Positions 9,343-18,202 of a DNA stretch of 64,000 nt are shown in pieces. Position 1 is the first letter of the stretch, and each line of letters starts with the position of its first letter. Source of the stretch: Eubacteriales bacterium. GTDB lineage: Bacteria > Bacillota > Clostridia > Oscillospirales > CAG-272. The stretch lies in NCBI GenBank assembly GCA_045660125.1, contig JAZRDG010000062.1:18273-82272 (forward strand), in the 5' to 3' direction. The position numbers and the translations under genes are program-made. The notes under the pieces were generated by a model. It saw only the letters and a list, made by a program, of their open reading frames with translations. It did no database searches and was not told the origin of the DNA.

Positions 9343-10398
9343 TCAAAGTATGGATCGGATCGCGTCAAGCAAAGCGTCTACCTGCTGTATAGTGCCTACC
9401 GTGATGCGGCAGAAATCGCTGATGCGAGGTGCATCGAAATAGCGCACGAGAATGGCACGCTGCTTGAGCTGCAAATAAAGCTGCTCACCTGTAATGGCGG
9501 GATGCTTGGTAAATACGAAATTGGTCGAGGAGGGAAGCGTGGTAAAACCAAGGGAGTCAAGCTGCGCTGTCAAATACGCACGGTTTTGTGCTACCGTCGC
9601 ACAATTTTGCATGTAATAATCATTATGCTGCAGGATCGCGTGTGCGGCAGCCTGCGAAAGAGAGCTTACGTTGTAGGGATTGATCGAGTTGCGAATGGTT
9701 TCAAGATCTGCAATCAGCGCAGGATTTGCCACGGCAAATCCGACTCTGCCACCCGCAAAGCTGCGGGATTTGGAAAAGGTGTTGATCACAAGCAGATTGT
9801 CATACATCTCTACCAAGGGAATGCAACACTCTGCACCAAAGTCCACGTAAGCTTGGTCGATGATAACCACGTTATCGGGATTGGCAATCAGGATCTGCTC
9901 GACCTGTGCGCGCGTCAGCGCAATGCCTGTCGGGGCGTTGGGGTTTGCGATAAAGATGGTCCTGCCCAGTGCCTTGTAGTCCTCGGGGTTTATGCAATAT
10001 TGCTCGTCCAGCGGAATGATCTTGGTGTCTGTTGCATACAGACGCGAAAGAACGCTGTAAAAGCCGTAGGTGATATCCGCGTAAGCAACGCCGATCTCCT
10101 TGTTGCAAAACGCCAAGAACGCAAAGGATAACAGCTCATCCGAGCCATTGCCGAGCGTAAAATGATTCGGCGTCAGCGAGAAAATATCTGCAAGATCTTG
10201 CCTTAGGGCAAGCATGGTAGGATCACAGTATAAATTTGTCTTTTTCGCAGCGTCGGCTACCGCGTCAATGACCTCGGGAGCAGGCGGAAAAGGGGATTCG
10301 TTTGTGTTGAGCTTGATCAGCGATTGCACGTTTCTGGGTTGTTCTCCCGGAACGTAAGCCTTCAGCTCACCCGGCTTGCGGGAAAAATACTTACTCAT
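9343..10398 (-). CDS. hisC: Histidinol-phosphate aminotransferase
   Basis: It is a class-II PLP aminotransferase (LNTNESP, NPNAPTG, FSKSRSFAG with the PLP lysine) sitting in the his operon. Confidence 0.9.
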   Translation of the reverse strand: MSKYFSRKPGELKAYVPGEQPRNVQSLIKLNTNESPFPPAPEVIDAVADAAKKTNLYCDPTMLALRQDLADIFSLTPNHFTLGNGSDELLSFAFLAFCNKEIGVAYADITYGFYSVLSRLYATDTKIIPLDEQYCINPEDYKALGRTIFIANPNAPTGIALTRAQVEQILIANPDNVVIIDQAYVDFGAECCIPLVEMYDNLLVINTFSKSRSFAGGRVGFAVANPALIADLETIRNSINPYNVSSLSQAAAHAILQHNDYYMQNCATVAQNRAYLTAQLDSLGFTTLPSSTNFVFTKHPAITGEQLYLQLKQRAILVRYFDAPRISDFCRITVGTIQQVDALLDAIRSIL

Positions 10399-11668
10399 TT
10401 GTCAACCTGATCTCAGCGCTTCTTGCGTGTGCCTCAAGACCTTCCTTGCGGGCAAACAGAGCAATATCGGGCGCCGCTTTCTGTATAGCGTTCTGATCGT
10501 AATAGGTATAGGAGATCTTCTTGATAAAGTCGTCAACCGATAAGGGGCTGGAGAATTTTGCCGTGCCGCTTGTGGGCAGGGTGTGGTTCGTGCCTGCATA
10601 ATAGTCGCCAAGTGCTTCGGGGCAGTATCTGCCAAGGAATACGGAGCCTGCATTTTCAATCCTGTCAAGATAATCAAAGGGATTGTCCACGCAGATCTCA
10701 AGGTGCTCGGGTGCTAAGCGGTTGGCAACCTCAATGCCTTGCCACAAATCGGAGCACACGATGATCTTGCCAAAGTTGTCAATCGAGGGACGCGCGATCT
10801 GTTCACGGGGCAGTACGGCAAGCTGACGCTCTATCTCAGCCTGTACTGCGTATGCAAGCTCTTCACTGTCAGTTACAAGTACAGCACTTGCCATTTTATC
10901 GTGCTCGGCTTGAGAGAGCAGGTCTGCTGCAACGAATGCAGGGTTGGACTTGCCGTCAGCCAGCACTAAAATCTCGGAAGGTCCTGCGATCATGTCGATT
11001 GCAACCTTGCCGTATACCTGACGCTTTGCTTCAGCAACAAATGCGTTACCGGGGCCTACGATCTTGTCAACAGCGGGAACGGACTCTGTACCGTACGCCA
11101 ATGCAGCAACCGCCTGTGCGCCACCGATCTTAAAGATCTTGTCTACGCCCGCAATCTTTGCCGCGCAAAGAATGGCGGGATTTACCTTACCGTCACGCAT
11201 GGGAGGTGTGACCATGACGATCTCACCAACACCTGCAAGCTTTGCGGGAATGCTGTTCATGAGCACGGTGGAGGGGTATGCAGCCGTACCGCCCGGTACG
11301 TAAATACCAACCTTTGCAAGCGGCGTGACCTTTTGACCAAGCACGATGCCGCCTTGCTTTTGAATTTCAAAGCCTGTACGCACCTGATGCTTGTGATACG
11401 CCTCAATATTGGCTGCAGCATCACGCATGACGCGGATAAAATCAGGATCACTGCCTGCAAATGCTTCTGTGATCTCTTGCTCACTTACCTGAAGCGCATC
11501 CAGCTTGACCTTGTCAAATTTCTCAGTATATTCAAACAGGGCAGCGTCCTTTTGCGCCTTGACGCTGGCAATGATCTCGGTAACGGCGTCCTCTACGTTG
11601 AAGGCGTCCTCGGAACGGTTGAAAATTTCCTCGTCCGAAACGGCGTTAAAATCATATATGCGGATCAT
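10391..11668 (-). CDS. hisD: Histidinol dehydrogenase
   Basis: The 425-aa protein has HisD blocks (YVPGGTAAYPSTVLM, GPGNAFV, AGPSE, QAEHD). Confidence 0.95.
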   Translation of the reverse strand: MIRIYDFNAVSDEEIFNRSEDAFNVEDAVTEIIASVKAQKDAALFEYTEKFDKVKLDALQVSEQEITEAFAGSDPDFIRVMRDAAANIEAYHKHQVRTGFEIQKQGGIVLGQKVTPLAKVGIYVPGGTAAYPSTVLMNSIPAKLAGVGEIVMVTPPMRDGKVNPAILCAAKIAGVDKIFKIGGAQAVAALAYGTESVPAVDKIVGPGNAFVAEAKRQVYGKVAIDMIAGPSEILVLADGKSNPAFVAADLLSQAEHDKMASAVLVTDSEELAYAVQAEIERQLAVLPREQIARPSIDNFGKIIVCSDLWQGIEVANRLAPEHLEICVDNPFDYLDRIENAGSVFLGRYCPEALGDYYAGTNHTLPTSGTAKFSSPLSVDDFIKKISYTYYDQNAIQKAAPDIALFARKEGLEAHARSAEIRLTNE

Positions 11669-11673
11669 GGGAT

Positions 11674-12291
11674 TTAGTCCTTTCTTTGCTCCTGAAGCTT
11701 CTGCTGCAGCTCGGAGATCTGCTTACTGTTGAATTTGAACGAGGTCTTGTTGGCAATCAGTCTTGCGCTGACGGGCGCGATGTCCTGCTTGACTACAAGT
11801 CCGTTTTCTTTAAGCGTCGTGCCTGTTTCAACGATGTCTACGATCACGTCCGAAAGCCCGAGAATGGGAGCAAGCTCGATCGAGCCGTTCAGCTTAATAA
11901 TATCAATGGTTCTGCCAAGCGAATTGTAATACTTGGACGCCACGTTGGTAAACTTTGTTGCCACGCGTAAAGGGCGACCGTAATCGTCCTCGAATTCTGC
12001 TTTGGCAGCCACGCAGATGCGGCATTTGCCAATGCCCAGGTCCAAAAGTGAATACACGTCTGGCTCGTATTCCATGAGAATATCGCTGCCGGCAACGCCA
12101 ATGTCAGCTACGCCGCGCTCTACGTAGATCGGTACGTCCGACGGCTTGACGAAGAAGTAAGAAACCTCGTCCGTGGAGAAAACCAGCTTTCTGGAAGGGG
12201 TGTGAATTTCGGGGCAAGCATAACCGGCTGCCTCAAACTGCGCAAGCACCTTGTCGCCAAGTCTGCCCTTGGGTAAAGCGATCTTGATCAT
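11674..12291 (-). CDS. hisG: ATP phosphoribosyltransferase, short form
   Basis: The 205-aa short HisG (IALPKGRL, GVADIGVAGSD) needs HisZ, which is encoded immediately upstream. Confidence 0.93.
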   Translation of the reverse strand: MIKIALPKGRLGDKVLAQFEAAGYACPEIHTPSRKLVFSTDEVSYFFVKPSDVPIYVERGVADIGVAGSDILMEYEPDVYSLLDLGIGKCRICVAAKAEFEDDYGRPLRVATKFTNVASKYYNSLGRTIDIIKLNGSIELAPILGLSDVIVDIVETGTTLKENGLVVKQDIAPVSARLIANKTSFKFNSKQISELQQKLQEQRKD

Positions 12292-13352
12292 GCGAGCACC
12301 TCCTTTACGCTATAAACCTTTAAAAAGCTACGGTTTTGCGGCTGCTTGTCAAAAGCAAACACGCAAAGTCCTTGCGCGGTCAGTGCCTTGACGGCACGTG
12401 CCACGTCAGCGGCGGAATCGTCAGCACCGTACAAAAGCAGTACCTCGCCCTCACGCTTGATTTCTGTATAACGGATATAGTCCAGATAAATGGCAAATCC
12501 GAGTGCGGCGGTTTGCATACCAAAGCGATCCAAAAGGGGATCGTAGCGTCCGCCCGAAAGTACGGCAACCGGCACGTCCTTGATATAGCCCTTGAAAATA
12601 ATGCCGTTGTAGTATCCGAAATCGTGAATAAGGGAAAAGTCAAGATATACGCCCGCGTCAAGACCGAGCGCTGCAAGCACGTCGGAAATCTCCGCAAGCT
12701 CTTGTACGGCTGCCGATTCGGGCAGCATGTCGCGCAGCACGGGGATCATCTGTGCAATGGGTGCATAGGAATTGACCAGTGTGACCAGCGGATCGTTCAT
12801 GCCAAGCAATCCTGCAAGACCGTCGGCATTCTTATGTGTGATCAGCTCGATCAGCTGCTCGCGTGCCGCGCCTTTTTGGCAGGCTGCATCGATCAGCGGC
12901 AGGAGAATACCCATGTGAGAAATATCCAGAATATTTTGTGCGTCAATTGCATCAAGCGAGATCTTGGCAAGTCCGAGCACTTCGCTCGTTGCGTATACGC
13001 TGCCGTCACCGATCAGCTCAAGTCCCATCTGGTGCAGCTCGCTGAATTCCTTTTCGCCTTTTTTGATGCGATAAACCGTTTCATTGTAAAACGCTTTGAG
13101 AGGCAGCTCTGGATTGGCTGCAAGACGCTTGACGATCGAAAGCGTAATATCGGGCTTCAGAGCCTTGAGGCGCGAGCCGTCCGTAAAGGTCAAAAGTCTG
13201 CCGTCTACCAAGAAATTCTTGTTGTCGGCATAAAGGGCATAATCCTCAAATTTATTCATGGTAAATCTGCGGTAGCCGTATTGTGCATAAAGCTCGGCAC
13301 AGCGAGCGATAGTCTGTTCCGCGGGAGTCATAGCAAACTGATTATGTGTCAT
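12288..13352 (-). CDS. hisZ: ATP phosphoribosyltransferase regulatory subunit (HisRS paralogue)
   Basis: It has a class-II aaRS-like core without an anticodon-binding domain. It is the first gene of the operon, with GGGAGG 9 nt upstream of the ATG. Confidence 0.85.
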   Translation of the reverse strand: MTHNQFAMTPAEQTIARCAELYAQYGYRRFTMNKFEDYALYADNKNFLVDGRLLTFTDGSRLKALKPDITLSIVKRLAANPELPLKAFYNETVYRIKKGEKEFSELHQMGLELIGDGSVYATSEVLGLAKISLDAIDAQNILDISHMGILLPLIDAACQKGAAREQLIELITHKNADGLAGLLGMNDPLVTLVNSYAPIAQMIPVLRDMLPESAAVQELAEISDVLAALGLDAGVYLDFSLIHDFGYYNGIIFKGYIKDVPVAVLSGGRYDPLLDRFGMQTAALGFAIYLDYIRYTEIKREGEVLLLYGADDSAADVARAVKALTAQGLCVFAFDKQPQNRSFLKVYSVKEVLA

Positions 13353-13387
13353 GAAAATAATCCTCCCTAAAATAAAAGGATAGAAGA

Positions 13388-13416
13388 ATTATACTACAAA
13401 TCAAGACTTTAGTCAA
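13388..13416 (-). promoter_or_regulatory. Sigma-A-type promoter of the his operon
   Basis: The minus strand reads TTGACT-17 nt-TATAAT. Only ~35 nt remain to the hisZ ATG. Confidence 0.6.
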
Positions 13417-13466
13417 GTAAAGTATGATATTTTTTTAACAAGAAATGTAAACATTTTGTAAAGCAG

Positions 13467-13495
13467 TTGCCATTTTAATAGTTTTGTGTTAAAAT
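13467..13495 (+). promoter_or_regulatory. Promoter of the GrpB-PPase/mntP unit
   Basis: The sequence reads TTGCCA-17 nt-TAAAAT, 32 nt before ATG 13528. Confidence 0.5.
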
Positions 13496-13527
13496 ATGTG
13501 AGATTGCCGCACGAGGGAGGGGATTGC

Positions 13528-14418
13528 ATGTTAGGTTTGGATCGCGGAACGGTTATGCTGCAAGCATACAATCCTGTTTGGGCGGAGATTGGAAACGAGA
13601 TCTGCACGCGCATCAAAAACGCGCTTGGCTCGCTTGCCATGGACGTTGCGCACGTTGGAAGTACATCGATTCCTGGACTTTGCGCCAAGCCCATTATTGA
13701 CGTCGCTGTTGCGGTTCAATCCCTTGACGGGCAAGTTGTAAGCCTTTTAGAGGAGGCAGGATTTTGGCACAGATCCGCAAACGATCGCGAGTGGCAGCTC
13801 TTTTTTGTCCTCGGTGAAGGCGAGTGGCGCACGGCGCACGTTCACGTTGTCAAGCATATGAGCATGGAGTGGCGCAATTATCTTAATTTCAAGGCGTACC
13901 TGACCGAATTTCCCGAGGTGCGTCAAGCGTATGCCACGCTTAAAACCGATCTTGCACAGCTTTACGCGAACGACCGAAACGCCTATACCGACGCTAAGGC
14001 AGACTTTATTTCGCATACGCTGCGTAAGGCAATGGTGTGGTCTTATCTCGGTAAGCAGATCGATGGTGAGATTGACAGACCGATCGGGTATCTGCACGTA
14101 AAGGGAAGCAAGCAGCTGCGCTATCCTATCAATTACGGCTATATTCCAGGCGTGCTTGGCGGTGACGGTGAAGAGCTTGACGTGTATTTTCTTGGTGAGA
14201 AACAACCGCTGCAAGCCTTTTGCGGTAAGGTGATTGCCATCGTGCATCGCGCGGATGACGTGGAGGATAAGCTGGTCGCATGCCCCATGGACCGTGACTA
14301 TGACGCACGTGAGATTTGCTGCGAGATCTATTTTCAAGAGAAATTTTATGACACGACCGTCGAAACGATTGGCGGACAAAAATTGCACATAAGTAACGGA
14401 GAGAGAAATGGTAATTGA
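13528..14418 (+). CDS. Fusion protein: GrpB/UPF0157 (nucleotidyltransferase fold) N-terminal domain plus short family-I inorganic-pyrophosphatase-like C-terminal domain
   Basis: The N-terminal ~170 aa carry a GrpB-like HVGSTSIPGLCAKPIIDV. The C-terminal ~120 aa carry DRPIGY, YPINYGYIPG, GGDGEELDVYFLG and DDVEDKLVA. I moved the start to ATG 13528, behind GGGAGGGG. The stop overlaps the mntP start by 11 nt. Confidence 0.7.
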   Translation: MLGLDRGTVMLQAYNPVWAEIGNEICTRIKNALGSLAMDVAHVGSTSIPGLCAKPIIDVAVAVQSLDGQVVSLLEEAGFWHRSANDREWQLFFVLGEGEWRTAHVHVVKHMSMEWRNYLNFKAYLTEFPEVRQAYATLKTDLAQLYANDRNAYTDAKADFISHTLRKAMVWSYLGKQIDGEIDRPIGYLHVKGSKQLRYPINYGYIPGVLGGDGEELDVYFLGEKQPLQAFCGKVIAIVHRADDVEDKLVACPMDRDYDAREICCEIYFQEKFYDTTVETIGGQKLHISNGERNGN

Positions 14419-15043
14419 ACTTTTGATTTTGGCTGTAGCACTTGCAATGGATGCATTTGCCGTAGCCATTTGTAAGGGCCTTTCGATGCAAAAGGCAACG
14501 CTTGGTAAGGCTGCTGTGGTTGGCGGTTGGTTTGGTGCTTTTCAGGCACTTATGCCCGCGCTTGGCTTTGTCTTGGCAGGTATTTTGAATAAGTTTTTCG
14601 GTGATTACCTTGAAATGTTCACCGGATGGATCGCCTTTGTGCTGCTCGCCATCATCGGCGGCGGTATGATCAAGGAAGCACTTGAAAAGCAGGAGGAGGG
14701 ATGCTCCAGCTGCGAAAATACCGACGCTTCGCTGACCGCGCGCGTCATGTTTCCCATGGCGGTTGCCACCAGTATTGACGCGATGGTCGTCGGTGTCGGT
14801 TACGGCTTGCGCCCCGATATGACAGTGTCTCGCGTGCTGCTCAGCGTGACTCTGATCGGTATCATCACGTTCGCGCTTTCCGCACTCGGTGTCAAGATCG
14901 GTAACGTGTTTGGCGACAAATATGAGAAAAAAGCCCAGCTCGCAGGCGGTATCGTCCTGTGCCTGCTCGGCATCAAAAACGTCCTCGACCAGTACGGCGT
15001 AATCGACTTCGTCTGGAATTGGTTCACGGGACTGTTTTCTTGA
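14408..15043 (+). CDS. mntP: Manganese efflux pump MntP
   Basis: It is a six-TM protein whose N-terminus (LAVALAMDAFAVAI) and internal repeat (AVATSIDAMVVGV) are typical of MntP/YebN. Confidence 0.88.
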   Translation: MVIELLILAVALAMDAFAVAICKGLSMQKATLGKAAVVGGWFGAFQALMPALGFVLAGILNKFFGDYLEMFTGWIAFVLLAIIGGGMIKEALEKQEEGCSSCENTDASLTARVMFPMAVATSIDAMVVGVGYGLRPDMTVSRVLLSVTLIGIITFALSALGVKIGNVFGDKYEKKAQLAGGIVLCLLGIKNVLDQYGVIDFVWNWFTGLFS

Positions 15044-15067
15044 TTTCAATTTATTTCGAATATTTTA

Positions 15068-15095
15068 GGGGAGCGCCAATGCGCTCGCCTTTTTG
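15068..15095 (+). terminator. Intrinsic terminator after mntP
   Basis: The hairpin GGGGAGCGC-caat-GCGCTCGCC (one mismatch) is followed by TTTTT. Confidence 0.5.
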
Positions 15096-15226
15096 ACACG
15101 TATTCACACTTTTGAATTAAAAATGTGTTATAATGTAAAAAACACAAATTTCTTTTACAGTTTTTCAAAATTGTGTCGACTGTATTTGTGAAGGGCCTTT
15201 CAGACTATCAGATAAGGAGGTGCGAT

Positions 15227-15817
15227 ATGGAACTTCAAACCAAAGAGAGAGCAACAATGCCTGATGAGCAGATCGTGGAGCTTTATTGGCAACGCGACGA
15301 GCAAGACATCAAAGAGACTGATATCAAGTATAAGAAGTTCTTGCTATCTGTCGCGTATAATATCGTTCACGATATGTGCGATAGCGAGGAATGCCTGAAC
15401 GATACATATATCGGTGCTTGGAATTCTATTCCCCCTGCAAGACCTACATTGCTTCAAGCGTTTCTTGCAACGATCATGAGAAGGACGGCGATTGATTGCT
15501 ACAAGGCAAGAAAACGACAAAAGCGAGTTGCTTCGGAATTGACGGTATCTCTGTCCGAGATTGAGGATTTCATTGCCGACGACGATGATACGTATTCCGA
15601 AACAGATGCAAATGAGCTTGGTCGGGTTATCAGCGATTTTGTCCGTTCGCTATCTTATCGTCGAATGTATATCTTTATGAGCAGATATTATATCGCGCGT
15701 CCGATCAAGGAAATCGCAACGCTGCTCGGATGCAGCGAATCAACAGTTCATAAGGAGATCGCGTCGATCAAGCGCGATCTGAAGAAAAAGCTTGAAAAGG
15801 AGGGCTATGCAACATGA
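15227..15817 (+). CDS. ECF-type RNA polymerase sigma-70 family factor
   Basis: It has region 2 (YKKFLLSVAYNIV, DTYIGAW) and a region 4 HTH (IKEIATLLGCSESTVHKEI). I moved the start to ATG 15227, 7 nt after AAGGAGG. Confidence 0.8.
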   Translation: MELQTKERATMPDEQIVELYWQRDEQDIKETDIKYKKFLLSVAYNIVHDMCDSEECLNDTYIGAWNSIPPARPTLLQAFLATIMRRTAIDCYKARKRQKRVASELTVSLSEIEDFIADDDDTYSETDANELGRVISDFVRSLSYRRMYIFMSRYYIARPIKEIATLLGCSESTVHKEIASIKRDLKKKLEKEGYAT

Positions 15818-17253
15818 AAGAAAATGAGTTTTTAGACGGTATCAGCAACATTGAACCCGATGTTGTAGAACGATTTGTTTCTATGGATAATAAGCTGCAA
15901 AACAAGCTGCACAAAACCAAGCGCAGGCATTTGTGGCTGCGCATCGGTGCGGTTGCGGCATGCCTTGTGCTGATCATAAGTATGACGGTTGAACGACGCG
16001 CGCCTTCTGTCTCTGCCGTGCAGGGTGGAAATACTGTTACGGGCAAGCAGCAGAGCTTTTACGGTGACTTGTCCTCGGGTGAGGGCGATAATGCGGAAAT
16101 ATATTCTCCCGCTTTTGAAATACAAACGGTAGTGGAGGCAGAGGTTATCGAGGTGCTTCCCGATGCATATTACAATGTTGCATGGACGTGGGCTTACAAC
16201 CCGTGTCACGTTGTAAAGCTGCGCGTGATCGATCAGATTCGCGGAACAGGGCTGCCCGAGGAGATTTATCTGTGTTATCCTTATTACGATACTACGATAT
16301 TTGACGGTTACGAGCGATTTATCATGTCGCTTGGTCAGGTCGGAATAGAAAACTACGCGCTGATCAATGATACGCAAGGGAAGGTTGAGTGTTTTCCCAA
16401 TATGTTTGAGGTGCCGCGGACAAGGGATATTGGTTATGGATGCGTCATAGCATTTAACAACGGCAAGGTTGACGACGGCTTTTGGGATAGGGCGGATTAT
16501 CTTGAAACGAAACTTTGGGGTGACAAGAACAGTATTATTGACACAATGTTGAATTATCTAAGTCCAACAAATGAATTTCCCGCCATCCGAAATTCTACGG
16601 TTGACGAGGTCAAAGCCAATATCATTGCGTTTGCAAACAATGAAGATAATTGGTGCGTTTCGGTGAAAGGATACGACTACGTGACCGCGGACGACGTATT
16701 TATTACAGAACAGGGAAAGACGATCCGTGCTTACGTACAGCCAAACGGGGCGAGCGTGTTCATGCATGTGATCACACCCGGAAAGGAGCGTACGATCGCA
16801 CAGTATACGCGTCTGATCAATGGCTTTGTAACAGATGAGATCATTTGGCTCAACGGAATGAATGGCGAAAATGGCAATGTCGTAAAAAGCGGTGCCGAGT
16901 ATACCGCCGAGGATCTTGCCCAAGCTCCCGATATCGGTCAAGCCATTGCAGGGCTGGATATCTCCGGAATGAAGCCTCCGCATATGATCATCACAAAGGA
17001 TATGCATTTCGGATATGTGTATGCGGAGGGCACTTACCGCAAGGTGCTCGGAAAGGTGTACGGCGTCGTGCGCGTAACGTGGCGTTATAACTATACCGAT
17101 ATCACAAACGCTTATAAATGTGATGATATGTACTACTTGTATCACGAAAACGGTCGAGGGCATGTTGTCAGTAGGTTCAGACTTAGGCTTATGCTTGGTA
17201 ACGACGCGTTTATTCACAATTATTCCTATTTGAGCATGCTGATTTGGGGATAA
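15814..17253 (+). CDS. Single-pass membrane protein, putative cognate anti-sigma factor with large extracytoplasmic domain of unknown fold
   Basis: Its ATG overlaps the sigma-factor stop (ATGA), with AAGGAGGG upstream. It has a short cytoplasmic N-terminus, one TM helix (LWLRIGAVAACLVLIISM) and a ~410-aa C-terminal domain with no motif I recognise. Confidence 0.6.
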   Translation: MKENEFLDGISNIEPDVVERFVSMDNKLQNKLHKTKRRHLWLRIGAVAACLVLIISMTVERRAPSVSAVQGGNTVTGKQQSFYGDLSSGEGDNAEIYSPAFEIQTVVEAEVIEVLPDAYYNVAWTWAYNPCHVVKLRVIDQIRGTGLPEEIYLCYPYYDTTIFDGYERFIMSLGQVGIENYALINDTQGKVECFPNMFEVPRTRDIGYGCVIAFNNGKVDDGFWDRADYLETKLWGDKNSIIDTMLNYLSPTNEFPAIRNSTVDEVKANIIAFANNEDNWCVSVKGYDYVTADDVFITEQGKTIRAYVQPNGASVFMHVITPGKERTIAQYTRLINGFVTDEIIWLNGMNGENGNVVKSGAEYTAEDLAQAPDIGQAIAGLDISGMKPPHMIITKDMHFGYVYAEGTYRKVLGKVYGVVRVTWRYNYTDITNAYKCDDMYYLYHENGRGHVVSRFRLRLMLGNDAFIHNYSYLSMLIWG

Positions 17254-17261
17254 AAGTGCAA

Positions 17262-17288
17262 AAGGCGAGCGTATTTTACGCTCGCCTT
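17262..17288 (+). terminator. Hairpin after the anti-sigma-like gene
   Basis: The sequence AAGGCGAGCGT-atttt-ACGCTCGCCTT forms an 11-bp stem, and the T tail is weak. The arms are related to those of the hairpin at 15068. Confidence 0.55.
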
Positions 17289-17384
17289 ATCTTGATATTT
17301 TTAAAAAAAATGATATAATAGGATCATGTATTTAACGAAAAATAATGAAAAGCAAATATCTATTTTAAGTAGACAGCAGAACTA

Positions 17385-17413
17385 TTGACTTACAATGTAC
17401 ATATCGTTATACT
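17385..17413 (+). promoter_or_regulatory. Promoter of the XRE-TM regulator gene
   Basis: The sequence reads TTGACT-17 nt-TATACT. Confidence 0.5.
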
Positions 17414-17447
17414 TATAGTGCATCTATAACTAAAGGAGCTGATACGA

Positions 17448-18125
17448 ATGGATGAAAACTTCAAGATAGGAAATTTTATATGCGAACTGAGAAAAAGCAA
17501 AGGATTATCGCAGGCTGAACTTGGCAACAAGTTAAACGTAACCAATAAGGCGGTTTCTCGGTGGGAAACGGGACGAGGACTTCCCGACAGTAGTTTGTTA
17601 TTGCTTTTAGCAAAAGAATTGGGCGTCACCGTAGATGAGATCTTACGTGGAGAGTTTGTCACTTCCGAAGCCGAACTGACTACAAATAAGGAACCTCGTG
17701 TAGAGATTCAAGAAAAAAGCATAAAGGTCAAAAAACAAAATACGCTATTGGAATACAGAGGAATAAAAAAGCAGTTGCTTAGGGATTCGCTTATCGTTAT
17801 TCCAACCTTCATTTTTATCTGTGTTTGGCTCTATCTCGGATTGAATCCGAATATTGAGTTGACACCTGCTGCCGACTATCAAACCTCGGTTATCATCAAT
17901 TTATTTGTGCCTTTGATGATCATTGACGCTGCTCAGATCGTATACGCTTCCTTTTTGATTACTGATTCTATTCGTATGCAAGGGAAAAAGTGGTATCTCA
18001 AACTGCTGATCTGTATAGGTATTTATTATGCTGTCGTTCACCTTTTCTTTGTAGTCTATATTTATAGAATCATTCGATTTATCATTTTGAGAAATAAGAT
18101 GAAAAAGCAGCTGTCTCATTTCTAA
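17448..18125 (+). CDS. Membrane-anchored XRE-family (HTH_3) transcriptional regulator
   Basis: It has an N-terminal Cro/C1 HTH (LRKSKGLSQAELGNKLNVTNKAVSRWETG), then a linker and three predicted TM helices. AAAGGAG lies 8 nt upstream. The gene has markedly low GC. Confidence 0.8.
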   Translation: MDENFKIGNFICELRKSKGLSQAELGNKLNVTNKAVSRWETGRGLPDSSLLLLLAKELGVTVDEILRGEFVTSEAELTTNKEPRVEIQEKSIKVKKQNTLLEYRGIKKQLLRDSLIVIPTFIFICVWLYLGLNPNIELTPAADYQTSVIINLFVPLMIIDAAQIVYASFLITDSIRMQGKKWYLKLLICIGIYYAVVHLFFVVYIYRIIRFIILRNKMKKQLSHF

Positions 18126-18159
18126 ATGTTCATCAAAAAAATCGAAAATGCTATAAGAA

Positions 18160-18194
18160 GCGGGAGCACATTTGCAATGCAAATGTGCTCCCGC
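18160..18194. terminator. Bidirectional terminator between the XRE gene and the 1131-aa lipoprotein gene
   Basis: It is a perfect 17-bp palindrome, GCGGGAGCACATTTGCA-a-TGCAAATGTGCTCCCGC, followed by a T-run on the plus strand. Confidence 0.75.
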
Positions 18195-18202
18195 CATATT
18201 TT

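Noticed and set aside
13353-13416. I considered a T-box or leader-peptide attenuator upstream of the his operon.
   Set aside because: The distance from the -10 box to the hisZ ATG is ~35 nt, which is too short for either element. No specifier-loop or T-box sequence was seen.
14380-14420. I considered a yybP-ykoY Mn2+ riboswitch in front of mntP.
   Set aside because: The mntP ATG overlaps the preceding ORF by 11 nt. The only upstream non-coding DNA (13496-13527) is 32 nt, so there is no room for the riboswitch.
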